A stretch of DNA of 63,868 bases, filler included, from Reclinomonas americana ATCC 50394 (lineage: Eukaryota), in NCBI GenBank assembly GCA_048213135.1. It is 8 parts of 3 records of this genome, joined end to end, with 100 filler letters (N's around TTAATTAATTAA, not from the genome) between each part and the next. Parts side by side here need not be neighbours in the genome. Positions count along the whole stretch, not along the records: positions 1 to 8,981 come from PS015050.1; positions 9,082 to 14,526 come from PS015050.1; 6 more parts are not named here. The stretch is one strand, 5' to 3'. Below are positions 1-11,957 of the stretch, in pieces; positions within the stretch are counted from its first letter, which is position 1, and the number at the start of each line of letters is the position of its first letter. The notes beneath the pieces are model-generated. The model made no database searches. It saw only the letters and a program-made list of their open reading frames with translations, and was not told the DNA's origin. Both the position numbers and the translations under genes were made by a program.

Positions 1-1
1 C

Positions 2-1383
2 GCTCGCTTCTGCAACGACTCGGAAAAGGCGCTGCGTCAATGCACCCGCTGGCTCAAGCACGGTGTCGATGGTGTGGAGCGAATGTCGGCACCGGTGCGA
101 GGTCGGAGTCCAGCGGCGACAGCGGCGGCGGCGACAACAACGCTGTGGATGGTGCGACATCCCACCAGTGAGCGACTGTGCTCACGGCTGTTGGCGGTGC
201 GTCGGGTGGTCGACCGTGAACTCGGTTTCGCCTCGGACGCGGCCACCGAGTTGGCCGACTACACGGTGCGTCTCACTGCCTGCATCGTAACTTGTGACAC
301 GGCGTGTGACTTTTATTCCTGGCACAAACGCAGGTCTACTTGTGCACGCGCCAGTGCAACATTGTCGGCTGTCTGTTTGCACACTCGATCACGGATGCCG
401 TGCGCATCTCGCCAGTGGGTAAGACAACTCTTGCTCACTCAGCGAACGAGTTGCGGTTTGCTCTGACACGCCGATGGGCAGGAGGAGGCACACGTGTGGA
501 GGATGCCGAAACTGCCGACGACTGTTGCAGCTTGCAGCTATCGCAAGAGGATCGTCGGCATCTCGATTCGGTGGCGAGCACGCTGAAAGTGTGCGTAGCA
601 GAGCAAGTCTCGTCTTTTTTTTGGTGATTCCCGCCTGAACCTCGACTGTGCAGGTGTCGTCCTGCGCCCGCCGAATTGATGGGCCGCTCACTTCTCGGTG
701 TGAGTCGTGTGTGGGTTCATCCGAGCTGTCGGAGGCAAGGTGTGGCCGCTGCGCTGCTGGATGTCGCCAGGCGCACCTTTTGTTATGGAGTGCACCTTGC
801 GGAGCATGACGTGGCGTTCTCGCAGCCGACCACCACCGGCAAGATGTTGGCGATGAGTTACACGGGGCGCAAGGACTTTCTCGTATATTCCGAGACGGGA
901 GGCTCGCCAACAAGATCGTCATCTGCGCCACCAACACCACCACCCCCACCCCCATCAAATCGTAATGTAACAAAGAACAGATTACTATGTTACATTTTTG
1001 TTACACGCGCTCTCTATCTGGCACCGATCCAACCTTTTCTCGCATCGCGCGACTCGTCACCCTGCGGTGCGTGCAATCCATCAGTCGACAGCAACGGCGG
1101 TGCGCCTTTCGACAAACGCAACTGCATCGCTCTCCAACTCGAACTCCTCGTCGCACTCCTCGTCATCGTCACCAGCTTGCACGACGTCATCGTCGCAGTC
1201 ATCCTGCAACACAGGCGCGCGTGTCAGACAACGCCACAGCCGATATCACTAACGAACATACCCTCTGCGGCACAGTCCACCTCCACGTACTCAGCAGCGT
1301 CGAATCCGGCTCCGGTGGCACCAGCACCGAGCCACGATTCACCGAGTCCACCAGCGACGCCTCTTCCAGGTGCCCGCGGATAG
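2..1383 (+). CDS. ECO1: Eco1/ESCO-family cohesin acetyltransferase. 5'-partial and spliced. Conserved domain ends near 888, and the true 3' end is uncertain.
   Basis: Spliced translation gives VDRELGF, VYLCTRQCNIVGCLFAHSI and LLGVSRVWVHPSCRRQGVAAALLDVARRTFCYG...VAFSQPTTTGKMLAMSYTGRKDFLVY, the typical Eco1 C-terminal signature. GT-AG introns at about 266-333, 419-481 and 590-653. Confidence 0.9.
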
Positions 1384-4300
1384 CGGCCTGCACAATAAAG
1401 CCCACAGTTTGAGAGTGCGGATAAGAGATAGAAAGGAGTGAGAGAGAGGCAGAACGTACCTCGAGCTCCACCGCCACCTGCGCGAACGACGGTCGCCGGT
1501 TGTGGCACGTCGACCCGTCCCAGCAGCGTTCAATGATGCGCGCCACGGGCTCCGGACAGGCACAAATGTCGGGTCGCGCGCCCAGAGCGGCTACCACTGT
1601 CACCATTCACCCAAATCAGACAGCCGCAAGTGCGAGTGCTGTGACATCACCACGCAACTGTACACCACTTGGAACTCATTGGTGGCGGTGTGGAATGGCT
1701 CCCGTCGCGACATCATCTCGTTGAGAAGCACACCAAAACTGCAAGACCGATTGCGGTTAATTAACATTGCTGTCGATAGGCACAGAGAAACACATTCCTC
1801 TAGTCACCTGTACACGTCTGTGCAGAGAGGGGAAGAGAGGATTAGCAGCTGACGTAAAAAGTACTGAGAAGATATCGAGTGTGACAAACCTGCTTTCTCA
1901 TCGTATTTTTCTCGTCGCATGACCTCCGGAGCCTGGAACCGTGGTCAGCAAAGAAGTGAAAGCAACGAAAGTCAACTCCAGACGCACCATGTACCCAATC
2001 GTTCCGCCTGGCGGGTGCGTGCACGTGAGGGAGGAGATGAGTAACAACGTGAAACCAACAATCGAGACACAAGCGAGTGCGCACCCACGCATTCACAGCT
2101 GCTGTCGACTCGCGACCTGCTTGCACACAGTGGGTCTTGCTGTAATCGATCCTCTTCGTGTTCACTCCACTCACCGCTGGAAGTCCATCAGGCGACTCAA
2201 CCCAAAATCGGCAATCTTGACACACAGCCGACTGCCATTCTTGAACCACAAAATGTTGGCCGGCTTCAGATCGTGATGCGCAATGTGAACACGGTGAAGG
2301 AAGGCCTGCATGACAAGAAACACACTCATGAGAGACAGCGACGATAATACAAGGACACTGTGGTGTGTGTGTGTGTGTCGCGGCACCATGGTTCGCGCGA
2401 TCTGCAGGCACAGGTCCAGCCTGGGTCCACCACACAGAGTCAGAAAGAAAACATTATGCAAAGCGACGCCACTCATGCTTATCGCGTACCGAATCCGCAG
2501 CGAGGCAGCACCACCCTCCGCGCCGTACAACCAAGATTTCAAGTCACCTCCATCAATAAACTCAGTCACAATCAACCGATGTGGTCCGCGCACTCGAGTG
2601 ACAGCTCCCAGCAGATTGACAACACCGGGGTGCCGTCTGCGCGTCAAAGCCGAGGTCAACAGGGACATACTCCACAACAAATAACACGAAAAACAACGCA
2701 ACGCTCGACTGAGAGCACGCAGTTCGCGGAGCAATGGACCCTCGGCGCGCTGCAATTTCGCCGCCGAGTCCGACGGCGACCAATCCAACACAACCTCCTT
2801 GATGGCGACCACTTGGCCCAGCAAACGCCCTTCGTACACGACGCCATACGAACCGCGTCCAAGCTCTCGTCCTTTTCGTAACGTCGCTGGATCCAATTCC
2901 AAGAACTCAAACTGGCGGCTGATGTGAGCACAATACCGTGGGCAGATGGCAGTGAGCACAGGTGATCACGCAACTTCACGAGACACGGTGGCATTGCTCT
3001 CTCTCAGTGCTCGCTCCTGCAGCGCTTCCAGACGTGCCAAACTCGCGTCGTAAACCACCTGCTGCGTGTGCGCGCAGCTGTCAGGCGACTGGACATGCGT
3101 GAGCGATCATGAAGGGAGAGATGCACAGACCTGCGTTACTGCCTCCCCCGCCTCCTCCTCCTCCTCAATCAAAACGTCATCCTGCGTGTTGTGCGCAACG
3201 CATGAGTAGGGCGGAGAGAGAGGACTCGCTCTGGCGACAATAGACGCACATCAACAGCTGACTCGGCAGAGACCGACAGCGGTGACAGCTTCGGAGCCAG
3301 CGGGGAGTTGCGAGCGCCGGGCGACGACGACGGTCCACCAGATGACGACGACGTAGGCACACCTGCATCACCAAAACAACACAGTGAGCAAAGTGAGCGT
3401 TGATGAGGAAGATGCAGATCGAGAGAGGGAACGCAACGGGAGAGAGCACCGGGTGTGCCGATCTTGATGAGTGGCGTGACGGAGCGTTCGCCACCATCGT
3501 CACCAATCGGTGCGCGATGTGCATCCCGCTGTGGAGTGCGTACAGGTGCCCTAGAAAGAACAAGAACAAGGCCACGAGTGAATCGAACGTACTCGCACGC
3601 ATGAACAAGCAGGAGATGGGAGTCAACCTGTTGATGGAGACAGGCGGAGTGATCGAGTCGAGATCGTGCGCCGGGTTGGCCAGAAGATGGACTCCGGCAC
3701 CGGCTGACAGCCGTTGCATGCGTACTCCGCTGGCTGGCGACTGCAGCGCCTCCTCATGCGCTGGCAAGTCAATGTCCTCCTCCACGCTGGGAGTCGCACT
3801 GAGGCCGCCGCCGTCACCCGCAGGCACCAACAGCGTGTCGTCAGGCAGCAGAACAGCGCGGTGTTCGTCTTCCTCAATGTCTTCAGAATCCAGCGCGCTG
3901 TGTGTGCGTGTGGCGTTCGTCAGTCAGTGAACGAGGATGAATCTAGTGCAGAGATGCGTGCCTTTCAGTCGACACGGAAGTGCCAGCGCTCTCTGTCTTG
4001 TACTGATACGCGGCCTCGGGAGGACCCAAGTAGCCTGCATGGCGTGTTTGCAAGTTAAGCACAGATGGAATGCAGAGTCGCCGGTCATCGCACTCGACAA
4101 ACCGTCGTCTTGTGCCTTGGACATGAAAAACTGGCGTCGACGCGAGGCCAACGCCGACAGAGTCGATACATCACTGTGCAGCTCGACGAGCTTTGGTGAC
4201 TGCGCTGCCGTTTGTGCCCGCCGTTCGTTCTGCAAAGGTGGCCCGCAGAGTGAGGGAGAGAGAGCAAGCAGAGCTCACAGCGTGCCGTGCAACTCACCGG

Positions 4301-5560
4301 ATCACTGCCACTACTACTGCCGCTGCCACGCCACGGGCCAAGCGAGCCGCTGCCGACAGGCATGACGGTCGCTGGACGCTGCTGCGCAATCTGATCCTGC
4401 TCCGATGATGGCGAATCTCTGCGGTCATGCTCGTCAGCAGCAGCAGCGGCAGCAACAGAGAGTGACGAAGTAATGCCACGCAACTCCTGCACCGGCGACG
4501 GCAACGAGGGAATGTTACTGCTCAATCGCACCGGCAGATACGGTCTCGGGGTCGACACCACACGACCGTCGCCCGATGGAGACGCGTGGCGGACCGCATA
4601 CTCGGCCAGGAACTTGATTGCCGGATCGATCTCGAACGACAGGGCGCCGAACTTGGGCGACGCCGCCGAACCGGCCGATTGCGGGCGCTTGGACGCAGCT
4701 GTGCGAAGAGGGTGAGGAGATTGGAAACATCAACAAGGGGGAGCTAGAGAGACTCACGAAGAGAACAGTCGTCGTCGTCATCGTCGTCGTCATCGCCACC
4801 GGCATCGTCCATGTACACCAGCTCAAAGTACTCGACGGCAGAGATGGACTTGGCCAGCGACTGACACATGGGCAGTGGAACGCGATCCTCTGCACAGCAG
4901 CACACGTCAGCCTCGCGTTGACCGCGGATCGACAGTCAGTCAGCGAGGAGAAACGCGACTAGCATCGGCCGGCAACAGGCCAAACAGGAAGATCGGATCA
5001 CGCGGAAACGCCGCCTTGGCCTCCTGCAAGAAGCCGGTGCCGGAGTTGGGCCTGAAAGAGAGAGCTAAGCACTCATCGCTCGATGCACAACCAGCGAGCA
5101 ACAAGACAGAAGAAACCTGTAGATCTTCCGCAGAGTCGACAGTGCGACGAGCGAGAAGCAGAGGACGGTCATCGACAGCTGCATCGAGAATGAGTGAGGT
5201 GAGTGGACACGCGCTTCATGCTTGTCACACAAAAGACGATCTGCGCACAGTGTTGTTCGACGGAGGCAGTGACGGAGGCGAGGCGCCTTTGATGTGCACA
5301 CTCATGGTGACTGGAACCGAACAATCATCATCATCATCCACCGTGAACGAGCGCGACACGTGGCGCCGCGACTCGCGCACAACATGCGTGAGTGGATCAA
5401 CGGGCAGTGCGCGACCAGCAAACGCACTCAGCAGCACAGCGCACTGCTCAAAAAAAGAAGAACATCAGCGCGCGAGTCGCGGGGGATTTGAGACCGCGCA
5501 CACGCTCACCTGCTCAGGTGCGCCTATCACGTGGATGTGCACTGATAAGGGCGAGGCCAT
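1081..5560 (-). CDS. Multi-exon TKL-group protein kinase with an N-terminal degenerate Rho/Rac-like domain and an acidic C-terminal tail
   Basis: Kinase motifs LGRGSYGVVY, VAIKEV, RHPGVVNLLG, HHDLKPAN, KIADFGLSR, GGTIGYM and IIERCWD...RRPSFAQV. Upstream exons splice in frame from ATG 5560. Stop TGA at 1083-1081. Confidence 0.85.
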
Positions 5561-6898
5561 GCTTCGTTGCCTCTGTCGAGATGACACGCGGAGTGTACGT
5601 GATCGGACGTCGACGTTCGTGCAGCCACAGCAACTTCATGTCGAAGCTTCATATGGTGTTGCATAGCTTGTACTCTCGTGTTCACATTGGTGAACGAGCT
5701 GCTTTTCCCCCTGATCCCCGTTGCGGAATAGCGAACGACGTCGACGTTGCTTCGAATTCTCAATTGCTGACCAGCATACACAGCTTGCCAAGTAGTCGCC
5801 ACCATTTACTGCCTACCTTCCTTGGTGTTTCACAAGCTGCTATAAGCTGTCGATGTGTCGTTGTCCCATTTCCCATTGAATGTTCCCGACAAAGCGCGGT
5901 GAAGGCACTCTGCCCACTGGTCGTTTGCAGCACTGTGCTGGTGTCTACGATGAGGCACATGAGAGCTCTGCGCGCGAATTGCCATGGAATGGTGCGTTTA
6001 CAGCAGCGGAGAAAGAAAGTGCGAGGTAATGTGCTTATGAGTTGCATTGTGCACACACAGTGGCCACTGAGGCCGCTCATCGACGAGCACGCCAGTCGCC
6101 CACTGATCTCATTCGGGGGCATCCTTTCAATCATTCGGTGAGGGGAGAGGGAGGTAGAGGGAGAGAGAGAGAGGTAAGGGATGTCATGAAGGAGGGAAGA
6201 AGGAGAGGAAGAAGGAGGGAAGAAGAACAGGTGGAGAAGGAGGAGGAGAAGGAGAGGAAGAAGGAGGGGAAGAAGGAGGGGAAGAAGGAGGAGGACAAGG
6301 AGGAGGAGAAGGAGAGGAAGGAGGGGAGAAAGGAGGAGGATGAGGAGGAGAAGAAGAAGAAGAATGACATGGAAAAGACAATCACAACACATGAAGNNNN
6401 NNNNNNNNNNNNNNNNNNNNNNNNNNNNNNNNNNNNNNNNNNNNNNNNNNNNNNNNNNNNNNNNNNNNNNNNNNNNNNNNNNNNNNNNNNNNNNNNNNNN
6501 NNNNNNNNNNNNNNNNNNNNNNNNNNNNNNNNNNNNNNNNNNNNNNNNNNNNNNNNNNNNNNNNNNNNNNNNNNNNNNNNNNNNNNNNNNNNNNNNNNNN
6601 NNNNNNNNNNNNNNNNNNNNNNNNNNNNNNNNNNNNNNNNNNNNNNNNNNNNNNNNNNNNNNNNNNNNNNNNNNNNNNNNNNNNNNNNNNNNNNNNNNNN
6701 NNNNNNNNNNNNNNNNNNNNNNNNNNNNNNNNNNNNNNNNNNNNNNNNNNNNNNNNNNNNNNNNNNNNNNNNNNNNNNNNNNNNNNNNNNNNNNNNNNNN
6801 NNNNNNNNNNNNNNNNNNNNNNNNNNNNNNNNNNNNNNNNNNNNNNNNNNNNNNNNNNNNNNNNNNNNNNNNNNNNTTGTTGTTGCTACTACTACTAT

Positions 6899-8035
6899 TC
6901 ACCACGAGAACTCTTCCAGTGCACCCACCGCCACAAATGTGTGATGTCTGTCGCCAGGCAGCACGAGTATGGAGAACGAGTTTTCACCGCCCGCAACCAC
7001 AGTGCGCGGTGTGTCGTAGAATGCCACTGGTGCGTCATCGAAACCGTGCACAGTCAGCAGCGCCCACGGGAGCTCTGCGTCGTCGGCGAGCGCCTGACGC
7101 AGCATGTCGTGCAGAGTGAGAATGTCGGAGCGCGTCAGCATTCCCGTGGCGTGCACTGTGAAGCAGTCGGTGGTGCGCAGCTGGCCGTCGTCGTCAGTGG
7201 CTGGAGTGGGTGGTTCGTAGGCGAGCACGTGCGCCGACCACGCATCACGTTCACGACTGAGACACCTGTGTGTGTGCGCGCGCTGTCAACCAATGGCAGA
7301 TTCTCTCCCCCCTCTCCCCATCATAACTCAACTCTTGGAGCCGCAGACCCAGCATGCCGATCCAATCGTACAAGTCGGCCGAGTCCAGTTCCGAGTCCGG
7401 CAGCAGACCACCGGGTGCCAGGCACACGGCCTCCAGCACCTCCGGCAACACCACCGAGTCCAGCTCACCCTCCACCACCTCCAATGGCACCTGCTCCCAC
7501 TCCTCCAGCGCCGCGGGCAGAGGACCATCGTACACAGCCACCACGTCAGTATTCTCTAGCCGCTCCGGCGACAGACACCACTGCAGTCGGTCGTACAGGT
7601 TACCACCCGGCACAAACGTCGGTCTCATCATGTCTATGTGAGCGTCTACACACGCAAGACCACAGTCAGCCAGCCAGCCGCAATGGAGAAGGCACAAAAA
7701 AAACGCACGCAACAGAATGCCTCCTCACTGCGCGACTGATGCCTCTTCGCGTCGAGTCCCAGCTGCTGAAAGGCATCGCGATGCATGCGCACCGTCAGCG
7801 TGCCATCGCACACGCAGCACGCGTTGCCGCCGGCATCCAGCCGATCGAGTGTCAGCGCGTTGAACTCGTGTCGACCGGCCTCACCTCGCAGCACCTCGCC
7901 CACAAACGAGACCGACGCCAGAGTCGCCAACGCCACACGCTTTCGCAAGAAGCGCGCCTCGCGTAGACGCTTCAGCAGCGCCACACGCAGAGCAGAGCGT
8001 GGTGCGCGCACACCAGTCGGCACCACAATGTCCAC
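6899..8035 (-). CDS. RPP40: RNase P/MRP subunit p40-like protein, 5'-partial and spliced
   Basis: Motifs DGTLTVRMHRDAFQQLGL, FVPGGNLYDRLQWCL, DLYDWIG and LPWALLTVHGFDDAPVAF...GGENSF resemble Rpp40. TGA at 6901-6899. Confidence 0.8.
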
Positions 8036-8593
8036 CTGCAAGCTGTGATTGAGAAGAAGAAGAAGAAGAAGAAGAAGAAGAAGAAGAGATAGAGAAAGAA
8101 GAAGGAGAAGAAGACGAAGAAGAAGNNNNNNNNNNNNNNNNNNNNNNNNNNNNNNNNNNNNNNNNNNNNNNNNNNNNNNNNNNNNNNNNNNNNNNNNNNN
8201 NNNNNNNNNNNNNNNNNNNNNNNNNNNNNNNNNNNNNNNNNNNNNNNNNNNNNNNNNNNNNNNNNNNNNNNNNNNNNNNNNNNNNNNNNNNNNNNNNNNN
8301 NNNNNNNNNNNNNNNNNNNNNNNNNNNNNNNNNNNNNNNNNNNNNNNNNNNNNNNNNNNNNNNNNNNNNNNNNNNNNNNNNNNNNNNNNNNNNNNNNNNN
8401 NNNNNNNNNNNNNNNNNNNNNNNNNNNNNNNNNNNNNNNNNNNNNNNNNNNNNNNNNNNNNNNNNNNNNNNNNNNNNNNNNNNNNNNNNNNNNNNNNNNN
8501 NNNNNNNNNNNNNNNNNNNNNNNNNNNNNNNNNNNNNNNNNNNNNNNNNNNNNNNNNNNNNNNNNNNNNNNNNNNNNNNNNNNNNNNNNNNNC

Positions 8594-8857
8594 AGTGTGG
8601 CGGCGGGCGAGGAGGCCGCAGCCGGTGGCACCGCGCAGAAGCCGCCAGCATCGGCGGATGCGGATGCTGCGGAGGCTGCCACGGCCGCCGACAATGGCGA
8701 CAGCGGCGCCACGGAGGGAGCCAATGGCTCGGCGGACGCGTCCAAGGCCAGCAGCAACAAGTGGGTACCGAAGACGTTTTTGGTGCGGGTACGTGCGGCG
8801 GCCGATGCTGACAAGCTGGTGGAGACCATCAATCGCGTGATCGGCGTCGACGCTTAA
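8594..8857 (+). CDS. C-terminal exon of a Ran-binding-domain protein (Nup50/Nup2-like), 5'-partial
   Basis: Ends PKTFLVRVRAAADADKLVETINRVIGVDA*, resembling the last strand and helix of the Nup50 RanBD (recalled as TMLIRVKTSEDADEL). The match is short. Confidence 0.5.
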   Translation, partial: SVAAGEEAAAGGTAQKPPASADADAAEAATAADNGDSGATEGANGSADASKASSNKWVPKTFLVRVRAAADADKLVETINRVIGVDA

Positions 8858-9025
8858 TCGTGAGCGCGGTTGTTTGTCGCGTAGATGCGCAAAAAGACAG
8901 AGAGCAGACAGAGAGTGAAGAAACAGCAACAGCACCACCCAATAAGCAAGCGAATGAACCACGATTACCAATTCTCATCTANNNNNNNNNNNNNNNNNNN
9001 NNNNNNNNNNNNNNNNNNNNNNNNN

Positions 9026-9037
9026 TTAATTAATTAA
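9026..9037. other. Artificial assembly linker TTAATTAATTAA within N runs (also at 14571, 42062, 47579, 53743, 57152 and 60006)
   Basis: Identical 12-mer with stops in all six frames, centred in a 100-nt N spacer each time. Confidence 0.97.
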
Positions 9038-9748
9038 NNNNNNNNNNNNNNNNNNNNNNNNNNNNNNNNNNNNNNNNNNNNCAGATATCGTGAGCAATGG
9101 GTTCATTCAAACGGAACTCCACCATGATCCTCTTTCACTCTCTAAACGTCCATTTCTCTCGCTCTCTCGCATCCTGCTGTCTTGCTTCCTTCTATCACAT
9201 GACAGCTTCGTCTCAGTTTGTTCCACGTGCACCCAGTGTCGATTCACACTCATCTCAACTCTCTCTCTCTCTCTCTCACACACACTCTTCACAGCACTAA
9301 TCACTTGCACCTCCCGGTTCTGCTCCTTCTCTCCACAGCCACCTCTATTGCTTGGATTCATCAGACTACTTCTTCTCATCCCTCCGTCACACACTCTTGA
9401 CGCCGCACATCTCCTGTAGTAATTTCAATCTCGATTCCTCCCTCAGCAGCCTCATTCGCTCACTTTCATCGAGCATCTTCATGCGCCTATTCTTCACCTT
9501 ATCTCCCTCTCCCTCTCGCGCAGTACTCCTCACTCTAGACGGTCTTCTCTCGCTGCCTTAGTCTTCGGCAATCCTTATCCTCTGCGTCCTGCCCCCCTTC
9601 TCGTCTCATCTATTCCAATCCGCCGCTGCCNNNNNNNNNNNNNNNNNNNNCCCCTACTCCCCTTCTCATATCCCCCTCTCACCATTGATACTCAGGTGAT
9701 TCCAGTTGCAGTGCATGTCGGTCTCACAGAACCCATCTGCACGCACTG

Positions 9749-11900
9749 TCAGTCACCAATCTCAACATTCACCGTCCGCGATGCGCAACTCGTCGGATTG
9801 ACACACACTCCATCCGCGTCGCGGCATGTCTGCGTGTTGTTGCATCCCGAGCACACGCTGCAGGTGGGACCCGTCCACTTACCAACGCACGATCCACAGT
9901 CCACACCGGTCCAGTGCGAGCTGCACTTGCATGTGTTGTCGGCCTGGCACGTACCATGCAAGCACGAGCAGGCAGTGCACTTGGGCTGAATGCGCGATCC
10001 GAATGGCGTGTTGGTGATGCCCGCAAAGGCAACGTTGTCGATGAGCCAGCCAATTTCCGGATTGTACATATCTGTCCCAATGCGGAAGCGAATTGCGACC
10101 GTCTTGCCTGTGTGCCGAGGAAACGCGGAGATCACGTTACTCAGATATCACACGCACGCACACATGGTGCGCGACCATTACACACCCGCGAAAGCCTGAC
10201 CAAAATCGAGCGTCTCACGCCGCAGAACCCACCCTTCTGGACGGAGATCGCCGCCCGTGTAGGCGCGTCGACCACCCAGTGGATTATCGTACTTTACAGA
10301 GATCACACCAGTATATGAGGGCTGTGTGAAACGCAAGAATCAGAGTGAGCATTGTTGCGCAAGGAATACACCAACACTCGTTACACGCGCGCTATACTCG
10401 CAATACCTCAATCACCAGTACGTATACGCATTGCGTGCCGATACCCTGCTGCGTGCACTCGCAAACTATCTCTTCCTGCCGCTCCTCACTTATTCCCTTC
10501 CCCTTCCTGCCATCTTCGTCTCTTCTTCATCTTTCTGTTGATTCTCTCGGTTCAACCACTCACCGACGCCCAATGCGAGACATCATTCCAGGTCAATTCA
10601 TCGTCACTGGAAATCTCCACCACACCGCCATCATTTGCTGCGGACGTGTCCGCGTAGTACTCAAACGAGTACGCGTGATCAAAGGTGACAACAAAGGCCT
10701 TTGTCGGATCACTCGACACGACCACCGGGGGCGACTGCAGCCACGTGTCGCTGGTAAAAGCAGAGTCCTCGCCGTAGAATAGTGAATTGCCGAACGTAGG
10801 TGTGAAAATGTACCACGCATTCACAGTGCCACCAGCCTTCCACACTCCCAGGATATAGGGCGTGTCCACAGTCTCTGTCGCGGAGTGCGCTGGTGCGTAT
10901 TCCACGCTGACAAGACTTAAAAACGAGCCGACTGTCTCACGGCACGCCTTGTCACCGGTGATCGACACATGGCCTTGCAGTAAAATCGGATCGATGTTGC
11001 GCAACGATGACGCTAGGTGGAACGAGAAATCGATTGTAGTCGACTGTCCAAAAGACGGCACAGGAACAATCTTGGACAGCACGGCAAACTCCACGTCGGC
11101 AGGTGTGTTGGGATCCGCAACGAGTGTCACCGTCATTGTTGTGTTGCTGCCAGTAAAGTATTGGGGATTGCGAACAACCACTCGCACCACACCATCCTCA
11201 CCGGGTTGCTGCGAGCATGTGTGTACATATACGAGAGAGTGAGCTGGTGGGAAGCGTAAGAATGGTGTCGGATGCGAAAATGAACGCACGCACCACCAAG
11301 CCATCGTGATTGCAGTTCACAGCACCCTCTTCCACGCTCGCTTGGTCCACCACAATACTGAACTTGGACCAATCATCGTCAAACGACTCAACCACATCAG
11401 AGTTGTCATACTGCGTCGGCGAGGCCGCGCATGCACCTGAGTGTGGACAACTTGTTTGTAAGGCTCAGTGACATGAACAGGCAGTGACATGAACAGGCAG
11501 GGCTTACCGAGTCCGCGCACAGCAAATGCTGCAGCCATAGTCACTGCGTCTGCTGGGTTCACAACGCTGGTCGCCATCAGCAATGCATCACGCTGCTGTG
11601 TAAATGTGGCATCGGCTGGTGTGATCAGCAAGCCGGCCACCACGTAGTCGGCCATGGCGCGCTTGACTTGCGAAAAGGTGCGACCATTGGCGTTCTTGTG
11701 GAGGTTGATGTAGGCCTGCATGAAGGAGGAGAGGGGAAGAAGTGAGTAAATGGAGAAGGAGAGGGATGAAATCCAAAGACAGACGGACCTTCCACGAGAG
11801 ACACAGACAGACGGAGACAGAGAGACACAGACAGGCAGANNNNNNNNNNNNNNNNNNNNGACAGACAGACAGACAGACAGACAGACAGGCAGACAGACGA

Positions 11901-11957
<57 letters not shown>

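Noticed and set aside
2637-2702. Non-GT-AG introns or an alternative genetic code
   Set aside because: The introns I traced resolve as GT-AG once GTTGCG-type donors are allowed. Conserved exons have no in-frame stops, and TAA, TAG and TGA all serve as terminators.
5930-6137. Possible small plus-strand exons (acceptor cacacag at 6060, donor gtgagg at 6138)
   Set aside because: Splice-like signals are present, but I could not assign a frame or a recognisable product.
5760-6905. Long ORFs spanning N runs or built from GA/CT/CA repeats (also 19387-21567, 31061-32755, 35650-36987, 50400-51764, 58428-59609 and 62709-63695)
   Set aside because: Their length comes from X runs or stop-poor low-complexity sequence, with no family motifs beyond the exons already called.
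9026-9037. Palindromic TTAATTAATTAA repeated seven times, as a possible TTAA target site or regulatory element
   Set aside because: Always centred in a fixed 100-nt N spacer, so it is an artificial six-frame-stop linker.
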